Assembly: GCA_963719505.1 (NCBI GenBank)
Contig: CAVRCF010000004.1
Span: forward strand, 220,458 to 284,457
Reading direction: 5' to 3'
DNA: 64,000 bases
Source of the DNA: Halobacteriovoraceae bacterium
GTDB lineage: Bacteria; Bdellovibrionota; Bacteriovoracia; Bacteriovoracales; Bacteriovoracaceae
A model generated the notes under the pieces. That model did not search any database. It had not been told where the DNA came from and saw only the letters and a program-made list of their open reading frames with translations. Each line of letters starts with the position of its first letter. Within the stretch, counting starts at the first letter, position 1. This document shows, piece after piece, positions 19,754-29,475 of the stretch. A program made the translations under genes and the position numbers.

Positions 19754-20404
19754 TTATATTTTTCTGAAAGCCCGGTAGTTGGCCTCTATTTGATCGGCGA
19801 GTTGGTTTAGGTCAATTTTAAGAATTTTGGCACTCTCTGTGTAGACTTCTTCAATGCTATGAGTTGATTGGTCATCGGTCTCAAAGAAAAGACGATGCAA
19901 AGGAGTATTTATAAGACTTTCTTTGACTTTCTTGGAGTGAAATATGAGGTGTCCAAAGCTGTAGAAAGTCTTGAACTGAAGTAGCTGGGTTTGGATTTGT
20001 GGGTTTGCGCTAAATCCATGGATGAGAATATTTCCTTCAAATCTCGACTTCTTAAGAATTCTAATAAATTCATTAAAAGCTCCAACGATGTGAACAACAA
20101 TATTGAGATCTTTCTCCTTGGCGAATTCAATTTCGCTTTTAAGCACTTCAATTTGTTTCTCAATGGGGAAACTTATTTTTGTATCGAGGCCAATTTCTCC
20201 TAAGGCGAAGAACTTTGGATCTTTAAATGCGCTCTCTCTTTGCTTTTTATACTGGGAGATATCCATGGACTCAATAAACCAAGGGTGAAGGCCAAAACAA
20301 AAAGGAGTGGTTGGTGCGATCATTTTATTTCTTGGATCGAGGACCAGGACACTTTTCGGATTAGGATCCAAAGAGTGTGTGTGAATATCAATAAAATTAG
20401 GCAT
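19754..20404 (-). CDS. tatD: TatD-family hydrolase
   Basis: IDIHTH, GLHPW, GEIGLD, HGF, ETDD. Confidence 0.9.
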   Translation of the reverse strand: MPNFIDIHTHSLDPNPKSVLVLDPRNKMIAPTTPFCFGLHPWFIESMDISQYKKQRESAFKDPKFFALGEIGLDTKISFPIEKQIEVLKSEIEFAKEKDLNIVVHIVGAFNEFIRILKKSRFEGNILIHGFSANPQIQTQLLQFKTFYSFGHLIFHSKKVKESLINTPLHRLFFETDDQSTHSIEEVYTESAKILKIDLNQLADQIEANYRAFRKI

Positions 20405-21164
20405 TTTTAAATTCAGCTTGGGGATTTTTCATGAGGAGATCATTAATAACAAACCCTGCGGCCATAAAACCAAAAGTTCCAGTTACATGGGCCAGGGAAC
20501 CGACACCATTTTGACAGTTGGTAGACTTTGTCCCTTTATCAATTTGGGGCTCCGTCTTAAATTCTGGTGAAAAGACACAAGGAATATTAAAAGCAGCTTT
20601 CGTCTTAGGGAAGTTGTAAAATCTTTTTAGATTTGTTCGGACAATATGGAGAAGCTTATCATTATTGGTTTTATTAAGATCTTTTACAGTGACGTACCTT
20701 GGATCCATTTTTCCACCAGCACCACCGGTGGTTAGTATTTTTATCTCTCGTTTTTTACACTCTGCTATGAGCGTACATTTACTTTTAACTGAGTCAATAC
20801 AATCGATAACATAATCATATTTTTCAGTGAAAAAAGATTCACAGGAACTTTCGCTAAAAAAGTCTTCAATGAGATTGACTTCACATGAAGGATTGATGGC
20901 ATGAATTCGCTCTTTCATCGCGTGGACTTTAAGCTTGCCGTAATTCCCATCAAGGGCATGAATTTGTCTATTGGTATTACTTATACAAATATCATCGAGA
21001 TCGACCAAAGTAACTTTGCCCACACCAGATCGAGCTAAGGATTCGCACGCCCAAGTTCCAATGCCACCCAGACCAACGATAGCGATATGAGCATTTTGTA
21101 AAATTTCAAATGACGATGGTGAATATATTCTTTTTACCCCATCAAATCTGTCGTCTATTATCAT
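20397..21164 (-). CDS. tcdA: tRNA threonylcarbamoyladenosine dehydratase (ThiF-family)
   Basis: VGLGGIGTWACESLARSGVG, DDICISNTNRQIHA, DCIDS, GGAGGKMDP, VTGTFG. Confidence 0.92.
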   Translation of the reverse strand: MIIDDRFDGVKRIYSPSSFEILQNAHIAIVGLGGIGTWACESLARSGVGKVTLVDLDDICISNTNRQIHALDGNYGKLKVHAMKERIHAINPSCEVNLIEDFFSESSCESFFTEKYDYVIDCIDSVKSKCTLIAECKKREIKILTTGGAGGKMDPRYVTVKDLNKTNNDKLLHIVRTNLKRFYNFPKTKAAFNIPCVFSPEFKTEPQIDKGTKSTNCQNGVGSLAHVTGTFGFMAAGFVINDLLMKNPQAEFKNA

Positions 21165-21239
21165 TACGGTGGTGTACGACAAAAACTCAGATAAAACAAG
21201 TGAAAAAGTCATAGATTACAGTAGGTTACAAAATATGCT

Positions 21240-21266
21240 TAAGATAAGTATCTAAAATGTCGATAA
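21240..21266 (+). promoter_or_regulatory. Sigma28 (FliA)-like promoter
   Basis: TAAG-N15-GTCGATAA, ending 6 nt before the GTG at 21273. Confidence 0.6.
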
Positions 21267-21272
21267 AGATTT

Positions 21273-22973
21273 GTGAAAGCAATAAACTTCCTCCATTTAA
21301 TATTACTTTTTTCTTTTTCGATAAACTCGTTTGCAGGGGAGAATTCTGGATTTGAGTTTTGTGAAGAAGAACTTTCAAAAGAAATTGAAAAACTTCTTGG
21401 GGATGACCGTAAAAATATACTCGCAGAAGCCTTCAATTTGGCCAGCTATAAGCTTGCTTATAATATGCAAAATGATGAGGGTGTTAACAAGACCCTAGAG
21501 CAATACATTAAAGAGAAGGCAACCTATATCAAAGGTGAGGATAGAGACAATCTTATCAGGAGAGTTTCTCAACTTTATCAAAAGTTTGGTATTAATGAAG
21601 ACCTTGCAGAAATTACTAAGACAATTGATGGACTAAAAGATCATAATTATTTTCCGTCAGCGCAAAGACTTTCGAATAAAGAACACTCTGTTATATTGTT
21701 GGCTTTTAAAGAAATGCAACCTTGTACAAAAATTTGTATCACAGAAGATGACGCTGCCATCACTTGGTTTATGGACGAGGTCTCTGAAAAGGTAAAGACG
21801 GTTGAAAAGAGTTCCGCTAAAACCAATCTGATGGAGATGAGTGTGAAAGTTGCTCATTTAAATGGTGCTCTTGGAGATAAAAATGAGGTAAGCCTCAGTG
21901 ATTTAAAAAGCAAAATCGAATCTTCTGAGAACAAAGTCAAAGGAAGTATTGATAGAGTTAAAAGAGAATTTTTCAATAAATTTAATCAATGTAAGGATCT
22001 GTTGAGCAATAAGTGTTTTCAAAATGTGGTAGAAAATATTTTACCTAAAGCATTGAAAAATATTTTAAAAACTGTGAATGTCGATGCTATTAAAGGAATT
22101 GATAAAGACTTGAAAGTTAAATTATCAAGCTCGCTTGCGTTAAATTTAAAAAACTCATTGATTGTTCCAAAATCGCCAGCGACATTAGGATACCCCAATA
22201 GAGTGAATATTCCTCCAGAAATTGTAACTTCAGAAAAAGGACCCTTGGTCTGTAGTGGTGAAGCCTTTACACCAGAGTTAAAAGATATTGATCTATGGAC
22301 ATTCGATCCTTTGAAGGCTTTGGCCGTCAAAAATAACTATGGTAAAGCAGGAAAGCTTCCCGGAAGTCAAATTGGAATGCTTTGTGAACTTCTAAAACTA
22401 GGACCTATTCAATTCCATTGTACTCCTTGGCTTAAAAAGTTTGTACTTCGCAAAAAAGATGCGAAAGCAAAAGTTTGTTGTAATGACAATGTAAAATGGG
22501 AAGAGTTTACGAATCTTTTCGCTGCGATTAATGGAGGCCTTGACCTTAAGGCCTATCTTGGTGTTCCTTTTCTTTCAAAGGTTGGTGTCAATGCAGAAGT
22601 TGGAATTATTGGAGGCTTTGGAGCTGGTTTTAGCATCGGTGGTGGTGAAGTTCCTGAAGGATGTAGTTCAAAGAATTGTTTACAAGCAGCGGTCAGAACA
22701 AGTGTTTTTCTGGGAGGGTACTTGGATGTCGGCGTGAAGAGAAAGGTGAACAATGCCATTGGTGGTGAATTTAAGGTTTCATGGAAACCTTATTTGACGT
22801 CAAGACAATGCCTTTATCCTCAAAATAATCTTCCTCCTATGGAAGTTAAGTATACCGTAGGCTCTATTTGGCTGCATGGAACTGTTTATGCTGGTTGGGT
22901 CTTTACCTATGATTTTTATGAACCTATATACAAGAATAATGATGAAGACTCTCTTTCTATTCCTATCTTTTAG
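21273..22973 (+). CDS. Hypothetical secreted protein: helical N-terminus, Cys/Gly-rich beta C-terminal domain
   Basis: Signal peptide (…NSFA); 566 aa; eight Cys in the C-terminal ~240 aa. Confidence 0.75.
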   Translation: MKAINFLHLILLFSFSINSFAGENSGFEFCEEELSKEIEKLLGDDRKNILAEAFNLASYKLAYNMQNDEGVNKTLEQYIKEKATYIKGEDRDNLIRRVSQLYQKFGINEDLAEITKTIDGLKDHNYFPSAQRLSNKEHSVILLAFKEMQPCTKICITEDDAAITWFMDEVSEKVKTVEKSSAKTNLMEMSVKVAHLNGALGDKNEVSLSDLKSKIESSENKVKGSIDRVKREFFNKFNQCKDLLSNKCFQNVVENILPKALKNILKTVNVDAIKGIDKDLKVKLSSSLALNLKNSLIVPKSPATLGYPNRVNIPPEIVTSEKGPLVCSGEAFTPELKDIDLWTFDPLKALAVKNNYGKAGKLPGSQIGMLCELLKLGPIQFHCTPWLKKFVLRKKDAKAKVCCNDNVKWEEFTNLFAAINGGLDLKAYLGVPFLSKVGVNAEVGIIGGFGAGFSIGGGEVPEGCSSKNCLQAAVRTSVFLGGYLDVGVKRKVNNAIGGEFKVSWKPYLTSRQCLYPQNNLPPMEVKYTVGSIWLHGTVYAGWVFTYDFYEPIYKNNDEDSLSIPIF

Positions 22974-23817
22974 TCTATGCGGCTATGGCCAAAATATTCA
23001 AAATGAGAAAATTAAACTTCCAGCAGATTTGGCCGGAGTTAAGCTTTCAAAACCAGACGATAAGTTTGTCTCTTTGGACATTGAGTACATAATGTACAAT
23101 AAATTTGTGAACATAAAAAAATCGAACGAGAAGACTTTGACTTCTTTTTTTGAAAACCTGATGTGGATATATAAAAATAAAAAGAAAAGCGAGCTTCTTA
23201 CTCAATTTGATGCTGTTGCTCTAAAAAATGTAAGAGAGCTTAAAAACTTTGATGTTCAGTTTGAAGTAATGTCTCAGATTAGAAAACCCTTTCTTAAATC
23301 GATCCAATTTTTTAAAAATGGTTACCTCTTTAGGTGGACAGATGAGAGTTTCCTAGATGAGAGAAAAATTTTTGTTATTAAAGTTAAAGATGAATTTAAA
23401 ATTTCGACGATGAAAGTTGATAAAGACGACTCTTATTTTTGGAACACGAATCTCTTTTTCAAATATCAACGTTTTGAAAAGAAGAAACCGCTCATTGTTC
23501 AAAAATTTGATTCAATCACGGACTCACAGGTTAAGGAATTATCGGTCAGTTTAAAAAATGGTTTTTCTCATTTAAACATCTTCAAGACTTCAGATGAGAT
23601 CGTTAATCTCGTGGCTTTAGATAACTATGAATCTCCAAACTATCCGTTCAAAGATTATGATTCAAAAAAAGGTCGAATGACACTTAAGTTCTCTGGTAAA
23701 AACTTTAAGAAAGCGGGAGAACATAAACTCTATTTGATTCAAAGCACCTATCCTCTTGGAAAAATAGAGCCTCGTCATTTTAGGGATTCAACTTCTTTCA
23801 AGCTTATCAAGAACTAA
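22939..23817 (+). CDS. Hypothetical secreted protein overlapping the upstream gene
   Basis: MMKTLFLFLSFSLCGYG signal-like start at 22939, inside the ORF-track ORF 22876-23817. Confidence 0.7.
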   Translation: MMKTLFLFLSFSLCGYGQNIQNEKIKLPADLAGVKLSKPDDKFVSLDIEYIMYNKFVNIKKSNEKTLTSFFENLMWIYKNKKKSELLTQFDAVALKNVRELKNFDVQFEVMSQIRKPFLKSIQFFKNGYLFRWTDESFLDERKIFVIKVKDEFKISTMKVDKDDSYFWNTNLFFKYQRFEKKKPLIVQKFDSITDSQVKELSVSLKNGFSHLNIFKTSDEIVNLVALDNYESPNYPFKDYDSKKGRMTLKFSGKNFKKAGEHKLYLIQSTYPLGKIEPRHFRDSTSFKLIKN

Positions 23818-24432
23818 TTGTAGCTCTTTAGCTAAAGGGCATTCAATGGTGATAAAGACTCGCTCGATTGGGTGAAAGAAGACAAAGCGATGACAGTGCA
23901 GAAATAGTCTTTCAAGACCATAATGATCTTTATAGAACTCATTCATTGCTTTTTTGCCATATCTTCTATCGCCGACAACATGCTTTATTCGTCTATTGAA
24001 GTGTCTTCTGATTTGGTGTCGCCTGCCTGTAAAAATTTGAATCTCAACCAAGGTGCAGGTTTTAAAGTGCTCTAATGGTCTAAACTTGGTTCGTGCATCT
24101 TGATAAATACCCTTTTCTGATTTTAGGGGAAAGTCATAATCATCTGCTTGAAGGTCTATTGATTCAATGAGGGCAAGGTAGTATTTTTTGACTTGATCAG
24201 TGTTCCAAATCTCTTTTATATCTCTAACAAATTCTTTGGTCTTACCAAGAATGACAATCCCAGAAGTTTGTCTATCAAGTCTGTGGATGGGGTAGAGGTA
24301 CTGGTCAATTTGATCTCTTAAAGTGAATAGAAGATTTGTTTTTTCCGTCGACTCTTTACTGGGATGAGTAAGAAGGTTTGCCGGTTTATGGACGACAATA
24401 CAATGTTGATCTTCAAAAAGAATATCAATCAT
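23788..24432 (-). CDS. TruC/RluA-family pseudouridine synthase
   Basis: HKPANLLTH, YPIHRLDRQTSG, TGRRHQIRRH, VGDRRYG, RLFLH. Confidence 0.9.
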   Translation of the reverse strand: MIDILFEDQHCIVVHKPANLLTHPSKESTEKTNLLFTLRDQIDQYLYPIHRLDRQTSGIVILGKTKEFVRDIKEIWNTDQVKKYYLALIESIDLQADDYDFPLKSEKGIYQDARTKFRPLEHFKTCTLVEIQIFTGRRHQIRRHFNRRIKHVVGDRRYGKKAMNEFYKDHYGLERLFLHCHRFVFFHPIERVFITIECPLAKELQLVLDKLERS

Positions 24433-25325
24433 ATATGGCCTATAATAACTTCGATTCTTATATTGAAGGAGGGAGTACGCTGAAACCTTTGTTCACGAGG
24501 AAACTCTAAAACAGGACTTGCTGTCCAGAAAAACCATTCTTTGTAGAGGAGTTGTCGGTAGCCAATAGAGAGAATATAGTTGTTAACAGCTTGTGAAGGA
24601 GTGTTGGAGCTTGCAGCCCTGGCATTGTAGCTGAGAGCCGTTTTATCATTAACTTTTTGAAAGAGACTTGGTCCATTACTAAATTCAAAAATATAGTCTT
24701 GGTCATTCCATTTTGTAAAATTCGCAAATCGAAAAAGATAATCATCAGAGATTCTATAGTCAAAATCCAGGTCTAGTCGACTCACGGTTCCTTCAGTGTC
24801 GATCCAAAGGGTTTCACTCTCTGGTCTAAAAAGCCAGTTGCCAAAAGTTATATTTTGTTTCATACGAAGGCGAATAAAGGGAAGAGGTCTGACCTCTCTA
24901 AAAATGATTCCAGAGCCTAAACTTGATTTAAACTCTGTTTTGTCGAGAAAGAATTGAAGCCCTGCTTTTGTATCATTTCTTTGATCTAGCCTATTGTTTC
25001 GGCTCGTTTGATCAGCGATTTCATTCTCATCTAGTTTTTCATCTCTACTTTCTAAAATGAGCTGCAAAGACTTCTCAGTGCCGGGAAAATTGAGTTGAAC
25101 CTTTACGTCACCAGTTGTGTGTGGCTTTTTTGCTTCTCTAAAAATTGTATCTGTATAAAGTCTTACTCTGGACTTATTTTCATAGTTTAAAGCAGTGTCA
25201 TCGGCGAAGAACCTATCGATGGAGGTGGCGAAGGTTTCTATATTTTTAGAAAGCACTTCGTGGGTTTCATCGGATATATTGGCGTGAGCGGTTAGGGTGA
25301 GTAAAAAAAAAACGATAAATTGCAT
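24429..25325 (-). CDS. Hypothetical exported protein, possibly an outer-membrane beta-barrel
   Basis: Signal peptide (…LTAHA); IDRFF motif; alternating beta-strand pattern; YRQLLYKEWFFW near the C-terminus. Confidence 0.65.
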   Translation of the reverse strand: MQFIVFFLLTLTAHANISDETHEVLSKNIETFATSIDRFFADDTALNYENKSRVRLYTDTIFREAKKPHTTGDVKVQLNFPGTEKSLQLILESRDEKLDENEIADQTSRNNRLDQRNDTKAGLQFFLDKTEFKSSLGSGIIFREVRPLPFIRLRMKQNITFGNWLFRPESETLWIDTEGTVSRLDLDFDYRISDDYLFRFANFTKWNDQDYIFEFSNGPSLFQKVNDKTALSYNARAASSNTPSQAVNNYILSIGYRQLLYKEWFFWTASPVLEFPREQRFQRTPSFNIRIEVIIGHI

Positions 25326-26293
25326 CAGTACTTTGACCATCTTTCAACAATATCATCAAGATGATTTGGCTGCATTTTGTAACAATAGTTTCCTCGCCAA
25401 GGTGTATCCATTTTATAACTAGCGACAAGGAAATCTTTGTATTTCTTTCTATATTTTTTCCTAAATAATGATGAGGTTTCATTTTTTAAGTAAGCTAAAG
25501 CTATGGGAATATCTTTGTCACATTCCATCTCATGGGGATGGGTTAGATAGGTGACAATAAAGACATCCCAAGGAATAAAGCCTTTAGAATTTGGAAAAAA
25601 CTTCCAGATCCATCGCCATACGATGGAGTTTCTTGCCATCCACTTAGAAAGAGGGCCACCTTTTTTCATTTGTTTGAGGTGGCTTTTTGTGACAAATGCC
25701 TCTTTCATTATTTCAACTGGGAGCATTGTTATTTTGACTCCCGACTCCATCACAAATTTTAAGGATTCTAGATCATCATCAACATTCGTATCTGGCATGA
25801 TGACCTGTTGGCGTCCCACGCGAGTTTGGGTTTCAAGTCTTCGACCAGCGTTAATGATAATTTCAGAAATTTGTGGTTTTAGTTCAGGATAGTTCTTTAT
25901 CAAAGACGCCATATTGGTTAGTCTGCCCATGGCCATTATTTTGAGAGGATTCTTCTTGAGGGCCTTTGCTAAAGCTTCAGTGGCATCAGTTTTTTCATAT
26001 CTTTTGGACTTTAACCAGGCTCCATAAAAATAGGGAATATCGGTTTTATTCGTTCGTTTTAAAATTCTTCGGGTGGCTTTTGCCATGAAGTTTAAGTTTT
26101 TTAAATTACCAAAGCCAAGGCTTATGCCTTGAACCTCAAGGTCGGGGCTTTTGAGGGCCGTAATCAACGCCAGGCCATCATCTACATCTCGAATGACTTT
26201 GCCAAAAGCCACGTCATAGTCGACCCAAACTTTCTCAGCTGAAAATGTACAAAATGAGAATATAAGGAGGAATATTGATTTCATAAGATCCAT
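25325..26293 (-). CDS. Nucleoside hydrolase (IU-NH family) with N-terminal signal peptide
   Basis: DYD...DVDD Ca-binding motif, GRLTN, DTNVDDD, PWD. Confidence 0.85.
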   Translation of the reverse strand: MDLMKSIFLLIFSFCTFSAEKVWVDYDVAFGKVIRDVDDGLALITALKSPDLEVQGISLGFGNLKNLNFMAKATRRILKRTNKTDIPYFYGAWLKSKRYEKTDATEALAKALKKNPLKIMAMGRLTNMASLIKNYPELKPQISEIIINAGRRLETQTRVGRQQVIMPDTNVDDDLESLKFVMESGVKITMLPVEIMKEAFVTKSHLKQMKKGGPLSKWMARNSIVWRWIWKFFPNSKGFIPWDVFIVTYLTHPHEMECDKDIPIALAYLKNETSSLFRKKYRKKYKDFLVASYKMDTPWRGNYCYKMQPNHLDDIVERWSKY

Positions 26294-26373
26294 TCTTTAA
26301 GTAAGTGTGTAATAATCGTAATATATACATACTTATATTGATCTGTATGGGTTTTCCACTTAAACTTTAATTA

Positions 26374-26766
26374 ATGAAAATATTAGTCCTCATTTTGACA
26401 CTTTCAGCTTTTAACCTCTATGCTTGTAATTACGAGTTAAAGGTTAAAGTGAAGCCCATTATCAACCTCTCGACCTCGAGTTTACAGTTACTTAGAGATG
26501 ATTTTGTCTTGAAAATGGAATCATTGGGGTATAAAAACAATGGTGGAGCAAGTGAAGTTTCTCTGTTTTATACAACAGTAAATGATATTCACAATCCGCG
26601 CCTTACCCAAGCTAGAGTTGTTCTTAGTTATAAAAGAGATGGGGCTTTAGTTCACTACACTCATGGGCTTGGTAGTCCAAATCGAAACCGACATGATGCT
26701 ACAATTCAGGAAGAGTTCCAACTCGCTACTGAAATAGCGGTGTCTCATCTTCCCGAATGTAAATAA
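26374..26766 (+). CDS. Hypothetical secreted protein
   Basis: Signal peptide (…NLYA-C); Cys near both ends of the mature part. Confidence 0.65.
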   Translation: MKILVLILTLSAFNLYACNYELKVKVKPIINLSTSSLQLLRDDFVLKMESLGYKNNGGASEVSLFYTTVNDIHNPRLTQARVVLSYKRDGALVHYTHGLGSPNRNRHDATIQEEFQLATEIAVSHLPECK

Positions 26767-26767
26767 T

Positions 26768-28171
26768 TTAAGTATGGAGTGCTCTGTCCTCTGTTGCCGC
26801 TAAACAGGCTTCTTTCATCGCTTCACTGTAAGTTGGATGTGCGTGACAAGTTCTTGCTATATCTTCAGCAGAAGCTCTGTATTCCATCGCTAAAACGGCC
26901 TCAGCTATGAGATCGGCACATCTTGGGCCAATCATATGAACACCAAGAATTTCATCAGTTTCGGCGTCAGCTAAGACTTTGATTAAACCAGCACTTTCGT
27001 TACTTGCTCGTGCTCGTCCAAGTGCTTTAAAAGGAAAAGATCCTTTTTTAAACTTAGCTCCAGCTTTTTTTAATTCTTCTTCTGTCTTTCCAACGCTGGC
27101 AACTTCAGGCCAAGTATAAACGACCCCAGGGATGAGGTTGTAGTTGAGGTGAGGCTTTTGTCCTGCGAGGTACTCAGCTACAAAAACACCTTCTTCTTCG
27201 GCTTTGTGGGCAAGCATGACTCCATCAGTAACATCGCCTATGGCATAAATTCCTTCTACTTTTGTTTGTAATAAACCATTTGTTGGAATTCTTCCTCTAT
27301 CATCAACATCTAACCCTATATTTTTGAGACCTAAAGAGTCCGTATAAGCTTTTCTACCAACGGCTACAAGAGTGTAGTCTCCTTTGAGCTCAACTTCTTT
27401 ATCTTTTTTCATATCAAGAGCTACAACAATTGATTCTTTACCCTTTGTTTTTGCACTTTTAACTTGATGAGACATGTAGAATTCAATTCCATCTTTTTTA
27501 AGGACTCTTTGTAACTGCTTTCCAAGATCTTTATCCATCATGCCTATAATTGAATCAGCGTATTCAACCACCGATACTTCACTTCCAAGTCTTCTGTAGA
27601 CGCTACCGAGTTCAAGACCAATAACACCACCGCCAATAACGATGAGATGCTTAGGAACTTCTTTAAGCTTCAGGGCTTCAGTAGAGGTGATAATTCTTTT
27701 TTTATCGATATCCATTCCCGGAAAAGCCATCGGTTTTGAGCCCGTTGCGATAATTGTTTTATCGGCGTGAATTTTTATTGTTTCCTTTTCGGATTTAATT
27801 TGAATTGTATTTTTATCAATAAATGATCCATGTCCATGAAAGACAGTAATCTTATTTTTCTCCATAAGATATTTTACGCCACCGCAAGTCTGGTCGACGA
27901 CATCTTGCACTCTTCCCATCATCTTTTTAAAATCGAGCTTCACATCTTTAACATTAATACCGTGATCTGCATGAGAGTGAACTGTATCGTGGTATCTTTC
28001 TGAAGAATCCAAAAGTGCTTTCGATGGAATACAACCGACATTTAAGCAGGTCCCACCAAGAGTTGAGTATTTCTCTACGATGGCCGTTTTAAAACCTAAT
28101 TGAGCAGCACTAATCGCAGCAACATAACCACCTGGTCCAGAACCAATTATAACAACATCAAATTTATCCAT
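26768..28171 (-). CDS. lpdA: Dihydrolipoyl dehydrogenase (E3)
   Basis: GSGPGGY, GGTCLNVGCIPSK, GGGVIGLE, HAHPT. Confidence 0.98.
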   Translation of the reverse strand: MDKFDVVIIGSGPGGYVAAISAAQLGFKTAIVEKYSTLGGTCLNVGCIPSKALLDSSERYHDTVHSHADHGINVKDVKLDFKKMMGRVQDVVDQTCGGVKYLMEKNKITVFHGHGSFIDKNTIQIKSEKETIKIHADKTIIATGSKPMAFPGMDIDKKRIITSTEALKLKEVPKHLIVIGGGVIGLELGSVYRRLGSEVSVVEYADSIIGMMDKDLGKQLQRVLKKDGIEFYMSHQVKSAKTKGKESIVVALDMKKDKEVELKGDYTLVAVGRKAYTDSLGLKNIGLDVDDRGRIPTNGLLQTKVEGIYAIGDVTDGVMLAHKAEEEGVFVAEYLAGQKPHLNYNLIPGVVYTWPEVASVGKTEEELKKAGAKFKKGSFPFKALGRARASNESAGLIKVLADAETDEILGVHMIGPRCADLIAEAVLAMEYRASAEDIARTCHAHPTYSEAMKEACLAATEDRALHT

Positions 28172-28195
28172 TTTATTTTCCTTAATATGTAAAAC

Positions 28196-29465
28196 TTAAA
28201 GATCTAAGATCATTCTTAGAGGATCTTCAAGAAGATCTTTTACCGTTTTCAAAAAGCCCACAGAATCTTTACCATCGATAACTCTATGATCATAAGACAG
28301 AGCAATATACATAATTGGTCTGATCTTAATTTCTCCGTTCACAACCCAAGGTCTCTCGACAATATTATGCATTCCAAAAATCGCTGATTGAGGGATATTG
28401 ATGATTGGAGTTGAGAGCATGGATCCAAAGACACCACCATTAGTGATCGTAAAAGTTCCACCTGTCATTTCATCAATGGTAATCTTTCCGTCACGAGCTT
28501 TACCAGCAAGTCTTTTAATTTCTTTTTCAATTTGGGCAAGCCTCAAGTTTTCTGCATTTCTAACAACAGGAACAACGAGACCTTTTTCACTTGAAACAGC
28601 GATTCCCATATCGACATATTGAGGGATATGAAGGTTTTCACCATCGATCTGTGCATTAACAAGGGGATGGTTCTTCATGGCAATCGTACAAGCTTTTGTA
28701 AATAGAGACATAAAGCCCAATTTAATTCCGTGATTTTTTACAAACTCATCTTGGTATTTTTTTCTCATATCCATCAGTGGCTTCATATCGACTTCATTAA
28801 AAGTTGTAAGCATCGCTGTTGAGTTTTTGGCTTCAGTAAGCTTTGTAGCAATCGTTTTTCTAAGACGAGACATTTTTCTCGATATTAATTTCTCTTGAAT
28901 CCTGCAACCATTGGAGATGCAGTAGCTCTGAAGATTTACTTTGGAAGGAGCAGTCTTGTTTAGCGTTCAGTGCATCTTCTTTTGTTATTCGTCCATCTTT
29001 TCCAGAACCTTTTAGAGAGCTAGCATCAATACCTTTTTCGCTAAGAATTTTATTTGCCGCTGGTGAGGCGTGATGAACAGTCTTACTTGGAGATTGTGTT
29101 CCAACGTCTGGAATCATTGATTCTCTTGGCTCATTGCCTTTGTTCTCAGGGTTTGGTTTCGGTGGACTAGGTTTGTCATCAGTAGACTTTGATGACGTTT
29201 CTTCTTTTGAACTTGAACCAGATGGCTTTTCGCCTTCTTCTAATATCGCGATAACAGTCCCGACGGCAACCGTTTCGCCTTCTTCAACTTTGATTCTTAA
29301 AATTCCTGAACCATCAGCTGGAAGCTCCATAGTTGCTTTATCAGTTTCTAGTTCACAGACAATATCACCTGTCTCAACAAAGTCACCATCTTCTTTTAAC
29401 CAAGCGGCGAGTATACTTCTGTTACAGATTCACCAGATTGACGGTACTTTAATTTCAATGGCCAT
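28196..29465 (-). CDS. sucB: 2-oxoglutarate dehydrogenase E2, broken by frameshifts (~29415 and ~28870-28940)
   Basis: Lipoyl domain ([13 protein letters not shown]), E3-binding ASPAA...[13 protein letters not shown], catalytic [10 protein letters not shown]...[10 protein letters not shown], spread over different frames. Confidence 0.9.
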
Positions 29466-29475
29466 TTTTTATTCC

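Noticed and set aside
22290-22325. FDPLKAL as an Rhs DPxG cleavage motif
   Set aside because: No YD repeats or Rhs core upstream, and the Gly is absent.
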